In this document: piece after piece, positions 62,991 through 64,000 of the stretch | How the letters are laid out: each line of letters opens with the position of its first letter | How positions within the stretch are numbered: the stretch's first letter is position 1 | DNA from: a virus | IMG/VR virus record: IMGVR_UViG_3300045988_090210 | Strand: one strand, 5' to 3' | Length of the DNA: 64,000 bases | Translations under genes and position numbers: made by a program | Notes under the pieces: generated by a model | Told to the model about the DNA's origin: nothing | Databases searched by the model: none | Seen by the model: only the letters and a program-made list of their open reading frames with translations

Positions 62991-64000
62991 TTAAGCAGTA
63001 ACGGTTACGGTGGCATAAGCAGGGGGCACGTTAGGAGCATTCTTTAGAGAAACCTCAATAACAGCCACACCATTAACACCGCCAGCACTAACAACGCCTG
63101 TTTCAGCCGCCACCTGAACACCAGTGGCAGTAGCAGCAGGGCTAGTTTCAACAGTAAAGGTAAAGTTGCTGTTGTCCTTACGCTGAGAAGCCATACCCTT
63201 ACCAAACACAGCACGGACAATTAGAGCCTCAGTATCGTTTTGATTCATATCAAGTTCAGCATTTTCAATAGCCAAAGCGATAACGTCATCTTGCCACTTA
63301 GCACCATAAATCTCTTCAGTCATAGTGCCATAATAGGGGTCATCCTCACAAGTAGCGCCATCAAGCACAGCCAGAGCCATACCAGTTAGGTTAATAGTAG
63401 CAGCAGAAGTAGCAGTCAAAGACAAATTTTGATTACCTTCAAGCTGGAACTGAGGAATATCAACAATCAGACGGCCATAACGAGTAGCATCAGACTGAGT
63501 ACCAACCTTGCCACTATACAGGTCAGTCATAACAACGACATGCAAAGTAGCAGGAACGTACTGAGATTTGATAGTAATACTCTTGGCATTCTCATTCTGA
63601 TAGAAATACTTAACACAATAAACCTGACCAGCAGTAGCGCCAGCAATGGTCATAGTAGTGCCAGTAATAGTACCAATCTGCCAATCACTATCAGTAGGCT
63701 TCTTATACCAACCAATCATAGTGCCATCAAAAGCTACAGGGGTTTCAGTGACGGTAACAGCCCCAGCAGTAGCAGTTAGTTCCTCTTCTTTAACAGAAAG
63801 GCCACCAGATTCAATATTAACACCCAGAGACAGTGCCATATAGTTTAGGTCAAACATTGCATCAGTCAAAGTAGCAGTCAGAGTAGAATCGTGGAAATAG
63901 CGACCAAGCAAACCATTACCCTGACCACCACGAATATCCTCAGCAGTAATAGCAAAATCGAAGGTGCTTTCAGTCAGAGTTTTGGCAACACCAACAAGGT
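62991..64000 (-). CDS. Major tail-like structural protein with a C-terminal Ig-like domain. The N-terminus lies beyond the window end.
   Basis: The reading frame stays open upstream of the track start (…TESTFDFAITAEDIRGGQGNGLLGRYFHD). The C-terminal portion of about 90 aa resembles a Big_2 domain. The gene lies upstream of the chaperone-like genes and the tape measure. Confidence 0.4.
   Translation of the reverse strand, partial: LVGVAKTLTESTFDFAITAEDIRGGQGNGLLGRYFHDSTLTATLTDAMFDLNYMALSLGVNIESGGLSVKEEELTATAGAVTVTETPVAFDGTMIGWYKKPTDSDWQIGTITGTTMTIAGATAGQVYCVKYFYQNENAKSITIKSQYVPATLHVVVMTDLYSGKVGTQSDATRYGRLIVDIPQFQLEGNQNLSLTATSAATINLTGMALAVLDGATCEDDPYYGTMTEEIYGAKWQDDVIALAIENAELDMNQNDTEALIVRAVFGKGMASQRKDNSNFTFTVETSPAATATGVQVAAETGVVSAGGVNGVAVIEVSLKNAPNVPPAYATVTVTA

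Noticed and set aside
2836-63843. Numerous 60-200-aa track ORFs lie antisense to or out of frame within large genes. Examples are 15396..16010, 17702..18127, 17848..18303, 29814..30212, 45467..45886, 54182..54601 and 63429..63779.
   Set aside because: They are wholly embedded in well-supported genes, lack ribosome-binding sites, and have skewed low-complexity compositions. They are treated as shadow ORFs.

Overview
This window looks like part of a large, AT-rich dsDNA phage or prophage of a Firmicutes host. The evidence is TTGACA-N17-TATAAT promoters with TGn extensions, strong AAGGAGG ribosome-binding sites, and a gene set and order resembling Bacillus SPbeta. That set includes a YonO-like RNA polymerase and DnaB-like helicase, primase, RecJ-like exonuclease and DnaE-like polymerase in the YorI-J-K-L order. 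It also includes a glutaredoxin-like protein, a dUTPase and a tyrosine recombinase.

Layout:
- 1-2235 (minus strand): truncated two-barrel RNA polymerase gene, which runs off the window and is therefore missing from the ORF track.
- 2.5-7 kb (plus strand): early and nucleotide-metabolism genes.
- 8.0-13.5 kb: mostly non-coding. It holds iteron-like arrays and tracts each depleted in one base, surrounding an island of about 13 tiny genes.
- 14.7-15.4 kb: tRNA-Ile(UAU) followed by about 530 nt of ORF-free, highly structured sequence, then a tyrosine recombinase.
- 16-45 kb (plus strand): replication, recombination and nucleotide-metabolism module.
- 45.3-64 kb (minus strand): lysis cassette, tail fibre and baseplate genes, tape measure and tail genes.

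The most striking feature is the density of interrupted genes:
- nrdD carries a group I intron with a GIY-YIG endonuclease.
- A ThyX-like gene carries a group I intron with an endonuclease-like ORF.
- The tape-measure gene carries a 621-nt intron-like insert containing its own promoter and a small membrane-protein gene.
- A NifS-like cysteine desulfurase is split by an HNH endonuclease gene, and I could not find an intron core there.

Splice sites for the first three were derived by hand from protein continuity plus P1/P10 pairing. All functional calls come from motif recognition by eye, and no searches were run.
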